DNA from: Ignavibacteriota bacterium
GTDB taxonomy: Bacteria > Bacteroidota > Ignavibacteria > UBA10030
NCBI GenBank assembly: GCA_003142575.1
Contig: PLMS01000114.1
Coordinates: forward strand, 8,227 to 69,777
Direction: 5' to 3'
Length of the DNA stretch: 61,551 bases
In this document: positions 51,287 to 60,546 of the stretch, piece after piece
Numbering within the stretch: the stretch's first letter is position 1
How the letters are laid out: the number at the start of each line of letters is the position of its first letter
Notes under the pieces: model-generated
Seen by the model: only the letters and a program-made list of their open reading frames with translations
What the model was told of the DNA's origin: nothing
Database searches by the model: none
Position numbers and translations under genes: made by a program

Positions 51287-52489
51287 ATGATGCCTGAGAT
51301 AGTTGATTCATATAGTGAAAGCAATTGGAGTCAATCGGCTAATTGTAACGCATCAGCTTACATCGGAGAGGCTCAATGCTTTACCGGCAATGGCGATAAA
51401 CTATCTAGTGTGAAATTTTATTGTTATAAAATAGGCTCGCCAACGGGGAATGTTTACGCAAAATTATATGCGATGACTGGAACCTATGGATCAACTGGAA
51501 CCGCAACGGGAAGTGTCTTGGCGACATCCAGTCCCGTTGATATAGGCTCTAGTAATTTTCCAACAACAAAAAATTTAGTAGAATTTACTTTTGATGGCAC
51601 ATATCCATTAGGAAATGGAGTCCATTATGTCGTTGAAATTGAATATAATGGTGGAGACGGCTCGAACACACTTGCGGTAGGAAAGGATACGACGTCACCT
51701 ACGCATGGTGGCAACAATGTCCAACTATATAATACTGGAATATGGTATGCTCGAGCCGTAAATGATTTATGTTTTTATATTTATGGTGCAACATCTACTA
51801 TTGTTCTTGCTGGTAATATTTCTGCTGTCGCATCTTCCGCCGGCGACCTTTGTGGATCTGTTTCCATTGGCGGTGGCATATCTGCTTCAAGTTTTTTAGC
51901 AGCTCTTCTTTCTAAATCTCTTTCTATTGCAGGAAACATTTCTGCTGTCGCGTATTCTACTGGCGACCTTTATGGATCTGTTTTTATCGGCGGTGGCATA
52001 TCTGCTTCAAGTTTTTTAGCGGCTATTCTTTCCAAATCTCTTTCGATTGCCGGAATTGCCGCTGGGTCTGCTATAATAACCGGATCGATGTTTCAGACTC
52101 TTTCTATTAATGGAGTTGCTTCCGGATTTGCAACGGCAACTGGCTCTATGTTCCAAACTCTTTCGATTGCCGGAGATATTTCAGCATCGTCTGTCTTGTC
52201 GGGTTTATTTGGCTTCCATCTTTCTTTGAATGGCAATATGTATGGGATCTCGTACTTATTGGGTGAGATTCTTATTACACCTTTGTCGTGGTTGGAGAAA
52301 TTGCGATGGATAGCAAAGAGAATAGACGTCGGCGCTCAACGTCGATCAGCAAAGAATATTAATGTGAACGCACAGCGATTATCAGCAAAAGATATTGATG
52401 TGAACACACAGCGATCCTCTGCAAAGACAATCGGTATCGAAACTCAGCGCAACGCAGCAAAAAATCTGGATAACTATACCAACAGGTGA
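51287..52489 (+). CDS. Repeat protein: N-terminal beta domain + 8 x 20-aa repeats + 4.5 x 12-aa basic repeats
   Basis: The 20-aa periodicity is S-I-x-G-x-x-S...L. The C-terminal repeat is AK.I.V.AQR.S. The underlying DNA carries 120-, 60- and 36-bp tandem repeats. Confidence 0.5.
   Translation: MMPEIVDSYSESNWSQSANCNASAYIGEAQCFTGNGDKLSSVKFYCYKIGSPTGNVYAKLYAMTGTYGSTGTATGSVLATSSPVDIGSSNFPTTKNLVEFTFDGTYPLGNGVHYVVEIEYNGGDGSNTLAVGKDTTSPTHGGNNVQLYNTGIWYARAVNDLCFYIYGATSTIVLAGNISAVASSAGDLCGSVSIGGGISASSFLAALLSKSLSIAGNISAVAYSTGDLYGSVFIGGGISASSFLAAILSKSLSIAGIAAGSAIITGSMFQTLSINGVASGFATATGSMFQTLSIAGDISASSVLSGLFGFHLSLNGNMYGISYLLGEILITPLSWLEKLRWIAKRIDVGAQRRSAKNINVNAQRLSAKDIDVNTQRSSAKTIGIETQRNAAKNLDNYTNR
51809..52228 (+). 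repeat. Intragenic tandem repeats (2 x 120 bp, then 60-bp units)
   Basis: 51809-51928 and 51929-52048 are near-identical. 52049-52108, 52109-52168 and 52169-52228 are related 60-mers. 36-bp units follow at 52313-52489. Confidence 0.8.
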
Positions 52490-52493
52490 CAGC

Positions 52494-53216
52494 ATGAAAA
52501 ATTTAATTCAATACATAAGCGGTCTCATTAAGTCTGTTTCTCCGATCGTTGAGAAGGTTCTCGCTGTGAAAGACATTGTCAAATATATATCCATCGGCAT
52601 CACGGCAATAAGTATCCTCATTATTTCTTTGCGAGGTTGCGAACATAAAACGACACAGACGGTACAGAATAAGGTTGTCCAATCGAAAGATTCTGGTTTT
52701 GTTTCAATTATAAAACACGATTATCGCCGGGCGTCAATTCCTTTTTTGGAACACCCTTCAAAGCCTCCTGTGAGGTTGCCTAAAGGTATGCTTGAAAGTG
52801 ACGTAAAAAATGTTCTCATTGTCGTCAAGTCTTTGCGACTCAACGACTCATCGGCTCATAGACTCATAGACTCAACGGCAATTATCACAGCAAAAGATGG
52901 CAGCATCTATATCGACACAGCGCAAGTCAAGTCAGTCGAGATGATCGCCTATGAAGAGCCGATACTTCGGTTCGGCTCTTTCATTTCTCTCGGTGTCGCA
53001 TTGTCGCTGCAGCAAGGATTGCATCTCACTCTGGCGGCTGCCTTTTCTCCATTGCAGATATGCGGAGTCGTCCAATTCCCGCTCCTTGCGCTCGATACCG
53101 AAGGTGTCGGTGCGGGTGTAGCCGCGCGTACGCACGAGATCTCATTGGGCATTTTGTTTCATCAACCATTCACCGGCGATCGGCAGTTGAAATTGTCGTT
53201 CACTTATAATCTCTGA
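52494..53216 (+). CDS. Membrane-anchored hypothetical protein
   Basis: AGGTGA lies upstream. TM YISIGITAISILIISL. The C-terminus is beta-rich and ends LSFTYNL. Confidence 0.4.
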   Translation: MKNLIQYISGLIKSVSPIVEKVLAVKDIVKYISIGITAISILIISLRGCEHKTTQTVQNKVVQSKDSGFVSIIKHDYRRASIPFLEHPSKPPVRLPKGMLESDVKNVLIVVKSLRLNDSSAHRLIDSTAIITAKDGSIYIDTAQVKSVEMIAYEEPILRFGSFISLGVALSLQQGLHLTLAAAFSPLQICGVVQFPLLALDTEGVGAGVAARTHEISLGILFHQPFTGDRQLKLSFTYNL

Positions 53217-53273
53217 GAGCAAGCTGCCTAAAAATGATACGCGCACAGCGCGGAACAAATTCAAAGGACCATT

Positions 53274-54692
53274 ATGAAAAAAAAGAGTAACCCGACATCT
53301 AAAATAAAATCGAAGTTGAGCGATCAGTTAACCGAGCGAATTCCTGTCGTCAGTATCACCGATCGGTTCTCAGATTATCCTGGACGCCACTTAACACCGC
53401 GCCGGCTTGCAGAAATTCTCGAAGAAGCCGACTCCGGATATGTTCACCGGCAGAATGAATTGTTCTCGGAGATGTTAGAGAAAGATGCCAAGCTTTTGGC
53501 AGTTTTTCAGGCCCGCAAATTATCGGTTATCCGCAGGAATAGGACCGTTATTCCTTATTCGACAGCTCCAAAAGACCTGAAAATAGCAGAAGATGTTCAG
53601 ATTAACTTTAAAGGTTTGAGGCATTTAAATTTTATTATCGGCAACATTGCCGATTGCGTGCCCAAGGCCTACTCTGTGAATCAAATCAACTGGAATCAGA
53701 GAGATAGAAAATACATGTTCGATGATATAACTTTTGTCGATCCGAAAAAATTCCGTCTTGGAAAGGCCACCGATCTCTATAGCGATCCGAATGAATTGCG
53801 CATGCTGATAGATCCGAATCGAATCCAATATTATAAAGGAATATTCAGCGATGAGGAACTTGCGAATAGTCCTGTCGATGGTGTAAGTATAGAGAACGAT
53901 CCGATGGTAAGACAGCGATTTATTATCGCACATTCAAATGCAATGAGTGGATTAGTAGCGCGAACCGCACTCATGCGTCCATTAACATATCTTTATCTTT
54001 TTAAAAACTACGATATTAAATGGTGGCTGAAATTTGCTGAGACCTTGCTTGGCTATCGAGTTGGAAAATACGATACATCCCAACCGGATCAGAAGGCACT
54101 ATTGATTACAGCAATACAGGGATTAGCAGAAGATTCGGCGGCTGTGATTTCAAAAGAATCTGATATTACATTTGTGCAAATGGCAGCGCAAGCGGCAAGC
54201 CATCTTGTTTATGGTGACCTGCAGAAATGGGTAGACGATACATACGGACAACTTGTCCTGGGCCATACCGGATCGTCACAAGCCACACCCGGAAAACTTG
54301 GCGGCGAGGACATGGCGAAGGAGGTTAAACAGGAATTTGTTGAAGCCGATGCGGCTGTTATCGATGAAGCAATCTCTGATGATCTTTTTAAACCTTATGT
54401 CATCGCGAATTACGGTCCACAAGACGGCTATCCTTATTGTCAAACCGATGTATCGCAAGCGCTTGATATGCTGAAGGAAACAAATATCGATTTAAATTTA
54501 CAAAAAATGGGGTTCCCTTTAACATTGCGCTACGCGAAGGAGAAATATGGACGGCCGCTTCCAAATCCTGACGATCCAGAGGATAAAATACTTGTTCCAT
54601 CGCCAGTTGCATCTCCCAACAGCTTTCAGAATCAAGAAAACGATAAGACAGTAGCTGCTGACGGTAAAAAAAAACTTCTAACACAACGGTAG
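53274..54692 (+). CDS. Portal protein, Mu gp29/DUF935 family (frame-0 product)
   Basis: LTPRRLAEILEEADSGYVHRQNELFSEMLEKDAKLLAVFQARKLSV matches the DUF935 N-terminal pattern. Ends 18 nt after an A9 run. Confidence 0.8.
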   Translation: MKKKSNPTSKIKSKLSDQLTERIPVVSITDRFSDYPGRHLTPRRLAEILEEADSGYVHRQNELFSEMLEKDAKLLAVFQARKLSVIRRNRTVIPYSTAPKDLKIAEDVQINFKGLRHLNFIIGNIADCVPKAYSVNQINWNQRDRKYMFDDITFVDPKKFRLGKATDLYSDPNELRMLIDPNRIQYYKGIFSDEELANSPVDGVSIENDPMVRQRFIIAHSNAMSGLVARTALMRPLTYLYLFKNYDIKWWLKFAETLLGYRVGKYDTSQPDQKALLITAIQGLAEDSAAVISKESDITFVQMAAQAASHLVYGDLQKWVDDTYGQLVLGHTGSSQATPGKLGGEDMAKEVKQEFVEADAAVIDEAISDDLFKPYVIANYGPQDGYPYCQTDVSQALDMLKETNIDLNLQKMGFPLTLRYAKEKYGRPLPNPDDPEDKILVPSPVASPNSFQNQENDKTVAADGKKKLLTQR

Positions 54693-55534
54693 ATGAGTCT
54701 GCCTACGAAAAGCGCGTCAACGATGTCACCGAAAACGCAATCGAAGGCGCTATACCCATCTATCAACCCCTCGTTGAAAAGCTCTCAAAGGTTATTCGAA
54801 AGGCGGATAATTTTGAGTCCGCACAGTCCGCACTAATTAAATTTACCGACAAAGACTTCTTAAAATCTTTTTCCGCATACCTTCTTAATACACTCGAGAC
54901 ATCGGCAGCTCTCGGCGCCAGCCTTATAGTCCAAAAGGACGCTGCGCTCAGTGGAGAACAGAAAATCGTAGGGAAAAACATCGGCGACGATTGGTTTGTC
55001 TGCGATAATAACGGTGTGAATATCTCATTTAATGTTACATCGAAAGAGGTATTGGATTACCTGCGTGAGAAATCTATAAAGATTGCTGGAGTAGAACAGA
55101 AGGAATTGCTCGAGTCGATCAAGCAAGAGTTAATAAAGGCTGTTGAGGATGGAAAGAGTTTTGATGAATTGAAAGCTAATATCGATGAGCTATTTGACAG
55201 TGCGGGCGTGACAAAATTGTCGTATAGTCACATCCAATTGGTTTTTCGGATGAATACATTCGCGGCTTATTCGGTGGGACAAGCACAAAAAGTCGCGGAT
55301 ATGATCGATCAATTTCCATTGGCGTACTTCTCGCCAATCCATGATGGTCGATCACGTCATTTGCCACTCGAGGGCTATTACAATACAGATTCAATTCCGC
55401 TTCCGCCGATAAATTATAATTGCCGATGCGGCGTCCGATACATCCATATATCACAGATTACCGGCAACGAGGAAGTTTATGAGACGCCGCCAGCACCAGA
55501 ACTGATCGTTTTCGATCAGCGCGACGGCATGTGA
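54668..55534 (+). CDS. Start-less open frame: portal-C-terminus-like segment plus Mu F / SPP1 gp7 head-morphogenesis domain
   Basis: 289 codons are open from 54668, with no ATG/GTG/TTG before GTG 55016. The frame is reachable from the portal frame by a -1 slip on A_AAA_AAA (54668-54674). MuF motifs: QLVFRMNTFAAYSVGQ, FSPIHDGRSRHLPLEG, NCRCG. Confidence 0.6.
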   Translation, partial: KKTSNTTVDESAYEKRVNDVTENAIEGAIPIYQPLVEKLSKVIRKADNFESAQSALIKFTDKDFLKSFSAYLLNTLETSAALGASLIVQKDAALSGEQKIVGKNIGDDWFVCDNNGVNISFNVTSKEVLDYLREKSIKIAGVEQKELLESIKQELIKAVEDGKSFDELKANIDELFDSAGVTKLSYSHIQLVFRMNTFAAYSVGQAQKVADMIDQFPLAYFSPIHDGRSRHLPLEGYYNTDSIPLPPINYNCRCGVRYIHISQITGNEEVYETPPAPELIVFDQRDGM

Positions 55535-55655
55535 CACAAAGTCAGAAGCGAAAAAAATGCGCTCGCTGGTTTCTCCGCGATTCTATTTTAAATTCGCGTG
55601 TTTTGGTTTTACTGTAAACTTTGCAAATCGGCGATTTCACGCACCAATCGGTAGC

Positions 55656-55809
55656 GACCATGCAATAATGTGATCATGCGTTTTCAAAAAGTCGCAAAAC
55701 TTCGCATTATTCTCGTTTAATGTGATAGGCATAAATCCCCTAACCACTTTAAAACTCGCGACTTAGTAAAAAGCTCGACCATGCGTTAATGTAACCCCTT
55801 ACATTAAAC
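55656..55809. repeat. Right prophage end: three transposase-site-like repeats including the terminal inverted repeat
   Basis: GACCATGCAATAATGTGATCATGCG (55656-55680), CTCGTTTAATGTGATAGG (55712-55729), GACCATGCGTTAATGTAACCCCTTACATTAAAC (55777-55809). Confidence 0.6.
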
Positions 55810-55938
55810 AACCGTTGAAGACATCATTGCTTTGTTGTATATTGAAATTAAGATTTAAGATACACGATATGAGAACTTATTTGCTCCATATCTGAAATTG
55901 CTCGTTCTCGACCACGAATAAAAGACTGTATATTGCCG

Positions 55939-57951
55939 ATGTCATTCCAGCTCATCTCAGACCTCACACCTTCCGGCGATCAACCAGAAGCAATTCGACA
56001 GCTTGTCGAGGGGGTAGAACGCGGCGATCGGCATCAGACACTGCTCGGCGTTACCGGCAGCGGAAAAACCTTCACCATTTCGAATGTCATCACACACATC
56101 GATAAACCTGTGCTCGTGATGTCTCACAACAAGACGCTCGCAGCACAATTATATGCTGAGTTTAAAAATTTCTTCCCCAATAACCGCGTCGAGTTCTTCA
56201 TCAGCTACTACGATTATTACCAGCCGGAAGCATACGTTCCGACTACCGATACCTACATTGCCAAAGATTCATCTGTCAATGATGAAATCGACCGTCTGCG
56301 ATTACGTGCGACGAGTGCCTTGCTCAGCGGCGATCCCAATGTTATCGTCGTTGCTTCAATCAGCTGCATTTACGGCATTGGCGCACCTGATGAATGGATC
56401 AGCCAGACATTAACACTGAAAAAGGGGGATCATCTTGGTCGTCAAGGATTGCTCAAACGACTTATCGACTTATTGTATATACGGAACGACTATGAGTTCG
56501 CTCGCGGGACATTTCGCGTGCGAGGTGATGTGGTAGAAGTTATCCCCAGCTATGAGAATGAAGAGGCGATACGTATCGAATTTTTCGGTGATGAAATTGA
56601 GCGTATCTCGTACATCAATAAAGTGGATGGCCGAGTTGTCGGAGAAGCTGATTTTGAAATGATTTATCCTGCCAAACAATTCATTACGTCGCGTGAAACC
56701 ATTGAGCGGGCGATGGATGGCATCTATACAGAATTGCGTGAGAGAACAACTGAACTCCGTTTTCTCGGGAAACTCGTCGAAGCACAGCGAATTGAACAAC
56801 GAACACGGTTCGACATGGAAATGTTGCGCGAAGTCGGTTATTGTTCAGGCATTGAAAATTATTCACGCCATTTCGCAGGCAGGCCGCCGGGTTCACGTCC
56901 ATCATGTTTGTTGGATTATTTCCCGAAAGATTTTCTTACCATTATTGACGAATCACATGTTTCTGTACCGCAAATCGGCGGTATGTATGCCGGTGACCGT
57001 TCGCGTAAAACAACCCTTGTAGAGTACGGCTTCCGACTCCCATCAGCGCTCGACAATCGACCATTGACATTCGACGAATGGGAAGCGATGGAGAAACAAA
57101 TCATTTTTGTCAGCGCAACGCCGGGACCATACGAACTGCAGAAATGTCAAGGCATCTTTGTGGAACAAGTTATCCGCCCCACCGGCCTGATTGATCCGGA
57201 TGTCGAAGTTCGTCCAAGCAAACACCAGATTGACGATTTGATTGCGGAAATTCGAACGCGCACAACACGAAAAGAACGCACATTGGTAACCACCTTAACA
57301 AAGCGCATGGCTGAAGACTTGACAGAATATCTGACGAATATTGGAATCAAAGTCCGGTATATCCATTCAGAAGTGGATGCATTGGAACGCGTGGAAATAC
57401 TGCGTGATTTGAGATTGGGCGAGTTCGATGTTCTCGTTGGTGTGAATCTGCTACGGGAAGGGCTCGATTTACCAGAAGTTTCTCTCGTTGCCATTATTGA
57501 TGCGGACAAAGAAGGTTTTCTCCGATCCGAACGCTCGCTCATCCAAACTGCAGGCCGCACAGCGCGCAACGCAAACGGGCTAGTTATCCTCTATGCCGAT
57601 AAAATGACCGGTTCAATGGAACGCATGATCAGTGAAACAAATCGTCGTCGCACAAAACAGATCGATTACAATACGAAGCATAATATCACACCTGTTACAA
57701 TTTATAAAACGGTAGAAGAAATTCTCGCCGCTACATCTATTGCAGATGTGAAGATGAAGCGAGATGAGCGCTATCAGAAATCCAAACCTCTGGCTATTGC
57801 CGAGACAGTAGCAAAGTACCTCACGAGTGACCAGAAGAAAGATCTGCTGAATGAATTAAAAGCGGAGATGAAACGGGCTGCAAAAGATTTGGAATTTGAA
57901 CGTGCCGCGGAATTACGGGACGAAATTGAAAAGTTGGAAAGGAAAATCTGA
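55939..57951 (+). CDS. uvrB: Excinuclease ABC subunit B
   Basis: [29 protein letters not shown] (Walker A), helicase motifs and the C-terminal UVR motif [17 protein letters not shown] 55939 is preferred over the track's TTG at 55933. Confidence 0.95.
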   Translation: MSFQLISDLTPSGDQPEAIRQLVEGVERGDRHQTLLGVTGSGKTFTISNVITHIDKPVLVMSHNKTLAAQLYAEFKNFFPNNRVEFFISYYDYYQPEAYVPTTDTYIAKDSSVNDEIDRLRLRATSALLSGDPNVIVVASISCIYGIGAPDEWISQTLTLKKGDHLGRQGLLKRLIDLLYIRNDYEFARGTFRVRGDVVEVIPSYENEEAIRIEFFGDEIERISYINKVDGRVVGEADFEMIYPAKQFITSRETIERAMDGIYTELRERTTELRFLGKLVEAQRIEQRTRFDMEMLREVGYCSGIENYSRHFAGRPPGSRPSCLLDYFPKDFLTIIDESHVSVPQIGGMYAGDRSRKTTLVEYGFRLPSALDNRPLTFDEWEAMEKQIIFVSATPGPYELQKCQGIFVEQVIRPTGLIDPDVEVRPSKHQIDDLIAEIRTRTTRKERTLVTTLTKRMAEDLTEYLTNIGIKVRYIHSEVDALERVEILRDLRLGEFDVLVGVNLLREGLDLPEVSLVAIIDADKEGFLRSERSLIQTAGRTARNANGLVILYADKMTGSMERMISETNRRRTKQIDYNTKHNITPVTIYKTVEEILAATSIADVKMKRDERYQKSKPLAIAETVAKYLTSDQKKDLLNELKAEMKRAAKDLEFERAAELRDEIEKLERKI

Positions 57952-58120
57952 CCAAGTCTGGAAAAGGAACAAAAGAAGAAATTGAGTACATTTGTAAAGA
58001 AGAAGAATTGTTGATATCTTTTCTCCAGCTTACGAGGCCGCCAAACAAACCCAGATAAGAGTGCAGCATTAGTCTATTCGTTCGACGGTTTTTTAGGTTA
58101 CAACATCGCGCCTTATAACA

Positions 58121-58834
58121 TTGCACTTAACAATATTGATTATCGCCAAGTCCATAATAAATCCTTTACTCGATTTCATCTACCCACCAGTGTGCATCTC
58201 TTGCAATACGCCGCTGCCGGATGGGAGCCAGAAGATCTGCCGGAACTGTTGGGATGCCATTCCTGCTCTTACCAAAGACCATTCTCTTTATCAGGAAACC
58301 CGCGGCAAACTTCTCGCCGAAGGGTGTATTGACGATCTTATTTCATGTTACGTATTCGAAAGAGAAGGACCGTTTCAACACATTGCACATGCACTGAAGT
58401 ATCAAGAGTACAAATCATTTGGAGTAGAATTGGGAAAACAGATTGGTGGATTAGTTCGGGATTGGAATGTGGAAGTCGACATTATCGTTCCAGTACCGCT
58501 GCATCGAATCAAACATCGCGAACGCGGCTATAACCAGTCTGAATTTATTGCACAAGGCATTGCTTCGATCATCGGCAAACCAATTATAGTGGATGCGGTT
58601 CGACGAACACGTCACACACAAACGCAAACTACGTTGACTCTCGAAGAGCGTTATAAGAATATGAAAGACGCGTTTGAAACTGTACCGGGTGCTTCCAAAA
58701 AACTTTATGGAAAAACCTGTCTTCTGGTAGATGATGTGATCACCACAGGGGCAACAACGAATTCCTGTGCCAGAGAGATCCTTGCGGCAGGCGCCAAGTC
58801 TATCAATGCCGCTTCTGCGGCTCTTGCAAAATAG
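58121..58834 (+). CDS. ComF-family phosphoribosyltransferase-domain protein
   Basis: N-terminal Cys pairs (PPVCISC...CRNC) and PRTase motif CLLVDDVITTGATT. Confidence 0.8.
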   Translation: MHLTILIIAKSIINPLLDFIYPPVCISCNTPLPDGSQKICRNCWDAIPALTKDHSLYQETRGKLLAEGCIDDLISCYVFEREGPFQHIAHALKYQEYKSFGVELGKQIGGLVRDWNVEVDIIVPVPLHRIKHRERGYNQSEFIAQGIASIIGKPIIVDAVRRTRHTQTQTTLTLEERYKNMKDAFETVPGASKKLYGKTCLLVDDVITTGATTNSCAREILAAGAKSINAASAALAK

Positions 58835-59174
58835 TTTCCGTATTGTTCAAAAAATTCCTGTAGGAGTAAGTTATTCTTGAAATGTATAAATAACTGATGG
58901 TACGCAAAGCGGAAAAGAACAACTGTCATTCCCGCACGTTTTTAGCAAGAATCCAGAAAAATGGATGCCCGACTGAAGCATTCGGGCATGACGACTTTAT
59001 TTTGTCAGGCGCTGTGCTTACCCAGTGAATAATGTTGTTTTTCTTGAGTTTTCATTAAAAAACGTTAAATTTCGGCGTTTGTAAAAAACCATATGTGACG
59101 AAGGACACATTTTTTGAAGACGAACGTGTTGATATTTGTTCCATATCACATTGTGAATGTGAAGGAGTAACGCC

Positions 59175-60302
59175 ATGACAAAGCCCGACATTCAACAAGA
59201 ACAACCAATGACATCTCAAGTAGGCCCTTCTCGGAGCGACTCAATAAAATTAGTAAGCGAAATTCTTAAACGGACAAACCAATTAATTCAAAAAGGTGAT
59301 CTTGATCGTGCACAAGGAGAATTGTTGCTTGCTAATCGGACAGCAAAAGAACAATATAGAACACCCCCTTTTTCTTTACTGGTTAATGATAAATTTGTTG
59401 CATCTCAAACACCACTTGCACCTCTGCCATTAGCGCCCATGGAAGCGATGATGGCTGTGATTTCATCCTCAAAACAAACCGACAACGTTTTGCCTTGCGC
59501 AACAACACAAACCCCAGAAGCTCTAACCGAGAAACCACAGGTTCCGCATCCAGAACAAACCAACGATCGAAGCATTGAATTCAAATGTTATCGCGAAGCA
59601 CTTGCAAAAGCATGGTGCGATGGAGCACCAACAGATGATGAAGAACGGCATTTACAAGAATTACGGACCGTACTGGAGATTTTAGATGTTGAACATAAAG
59701 TGTTTGAGAAGGAAATTAAGTATTCTTGTTATAAAGAGACTATCGCCAAGCATGTATCCAACGGTGCGGTCGAATTAGGTGACGCCAAGTCACTCGCCAA
59801 TCTTCAAAAAGCATTTCATATCTCACAGGAAGAGCAATTGCAGATTTTAGGCCCCTCCGTACAAATAAAGCAACATAAACAGCCTGATAAAATTCTTGTC
59901 ATTGACGATGATGATGAATTCTTGAATATGCTCGCCAGCTCAATGACGGAAGACGGATTTGATGTCATTGCAGTGGCGACATCCGATGAAGCCTATATGC
60001 TTTTACATAAATACATTCCCGATCTCATTCTGTGCGACATCAATCTTAAGACCTCAACAATGAATGGATTCGTTCTTTACGAAAAAGTCCAAGCGAATAA
60101 ACAACTTCAAAACATTCCTTTCGTTTTCCTAACGGGACTTATGGATGAAAAGTTAGCTTGGACAGGAAAAGAACTTGGCGCCGATGACTACTTATTAAAA
60201 CCAATTTCCAGGCATACACTGCTTTCTACACTTCACGGCAGATTAAAACGCTTTAGGCAGCTCAGAGGATTCTCTTCAACCCCCACACCAGCGTTTTGCT
60301 GA
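59175..60302 (+). CDS. Response regulator with long N-terminal helical/TerB-like region and C-terminal REC domain
   Basis: KILVIDDDDEFL...PDLILCDINL...DDYLLKPI is a REC domain. No output domain was recognised. Confidence 0.7.
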   Translation: MTKPDIQQEQPMTSQVGPSRSDSIKLVSEILKRTNQLIQKGDLDRAQGELLLANRTAKEQYRTPPFSLLVNDKFVASQTPLAPLPLAPMEAMMAVISSSKQTDNVLPCATTQTPEALTEKPQVPHPEQTNDRSIEFKCYREALAKAWCDGAPTDDEERHLQELRTVLEILDVEHKVFEKEIKYSCYKETIAKHVSNGAVELGDAKSLANLQKAFHISQEEQLQILGPSVQIKQHKQPDKILVIDDDDEFLNMLASSMTEDGFDVIAVATSDEAYMLLHKYIPDLILCDINLKTSTMNGFVLYEKVQANKQLQNIPFVFLTGLMDEKLAWTGKELGADDYLLKPISRHTLLSTLHGRLKRFRQLRGFSSTPTPAFC

Positions 60303-60546
60303 GGAATGTCTACAACACACGGTCTTTTTAGAAAAGATCGAGAAGATCTTACCTGTTCCTATCTTTCTGCAGGAATTACTTTTCTACAATCTCTAAGCAA
60401 ATTACCTATGAGGGGGTAGCAATCCTTTAAAAACCCTCGAATTCTTCTTGTTTTTTGACCCTCATTGCTTCATAATAGACCTAGTATGGCATCAAAAAGT
60501 CGGAACAGTTATTGAGGTATTAGTCCTAAGTGACAAAAAAAGGAAT

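Larger units (their letters stand above)
14728..55803. mobile_element. Mu-like transposable prophage, siphovirus-type tail, about 41.1 kb
   Basis: Encodes MuA-type DDE transposase, MuB-like ATPase, GemA-like protein, DUF935 portal, MuF, gpI protease, gpT capsid and gp36/gp37/G-like proteins. No integrase found. Imperfect terminal inverted repeats with TG...CA ends and TTAA on both outer sides. Flanked by unrelated host genes. Confidence 0.75.

Noticed and set aside
14728-55803. Integration by site-specific recombination (integrase plus att sites, tRNA target)
   Set aside because: No tyrosine or serine recombinase ORF and no tRNA gene lie at either junction. A DDE transposase, a MuB-like ATPase and inverted terminal repeats are present instead.
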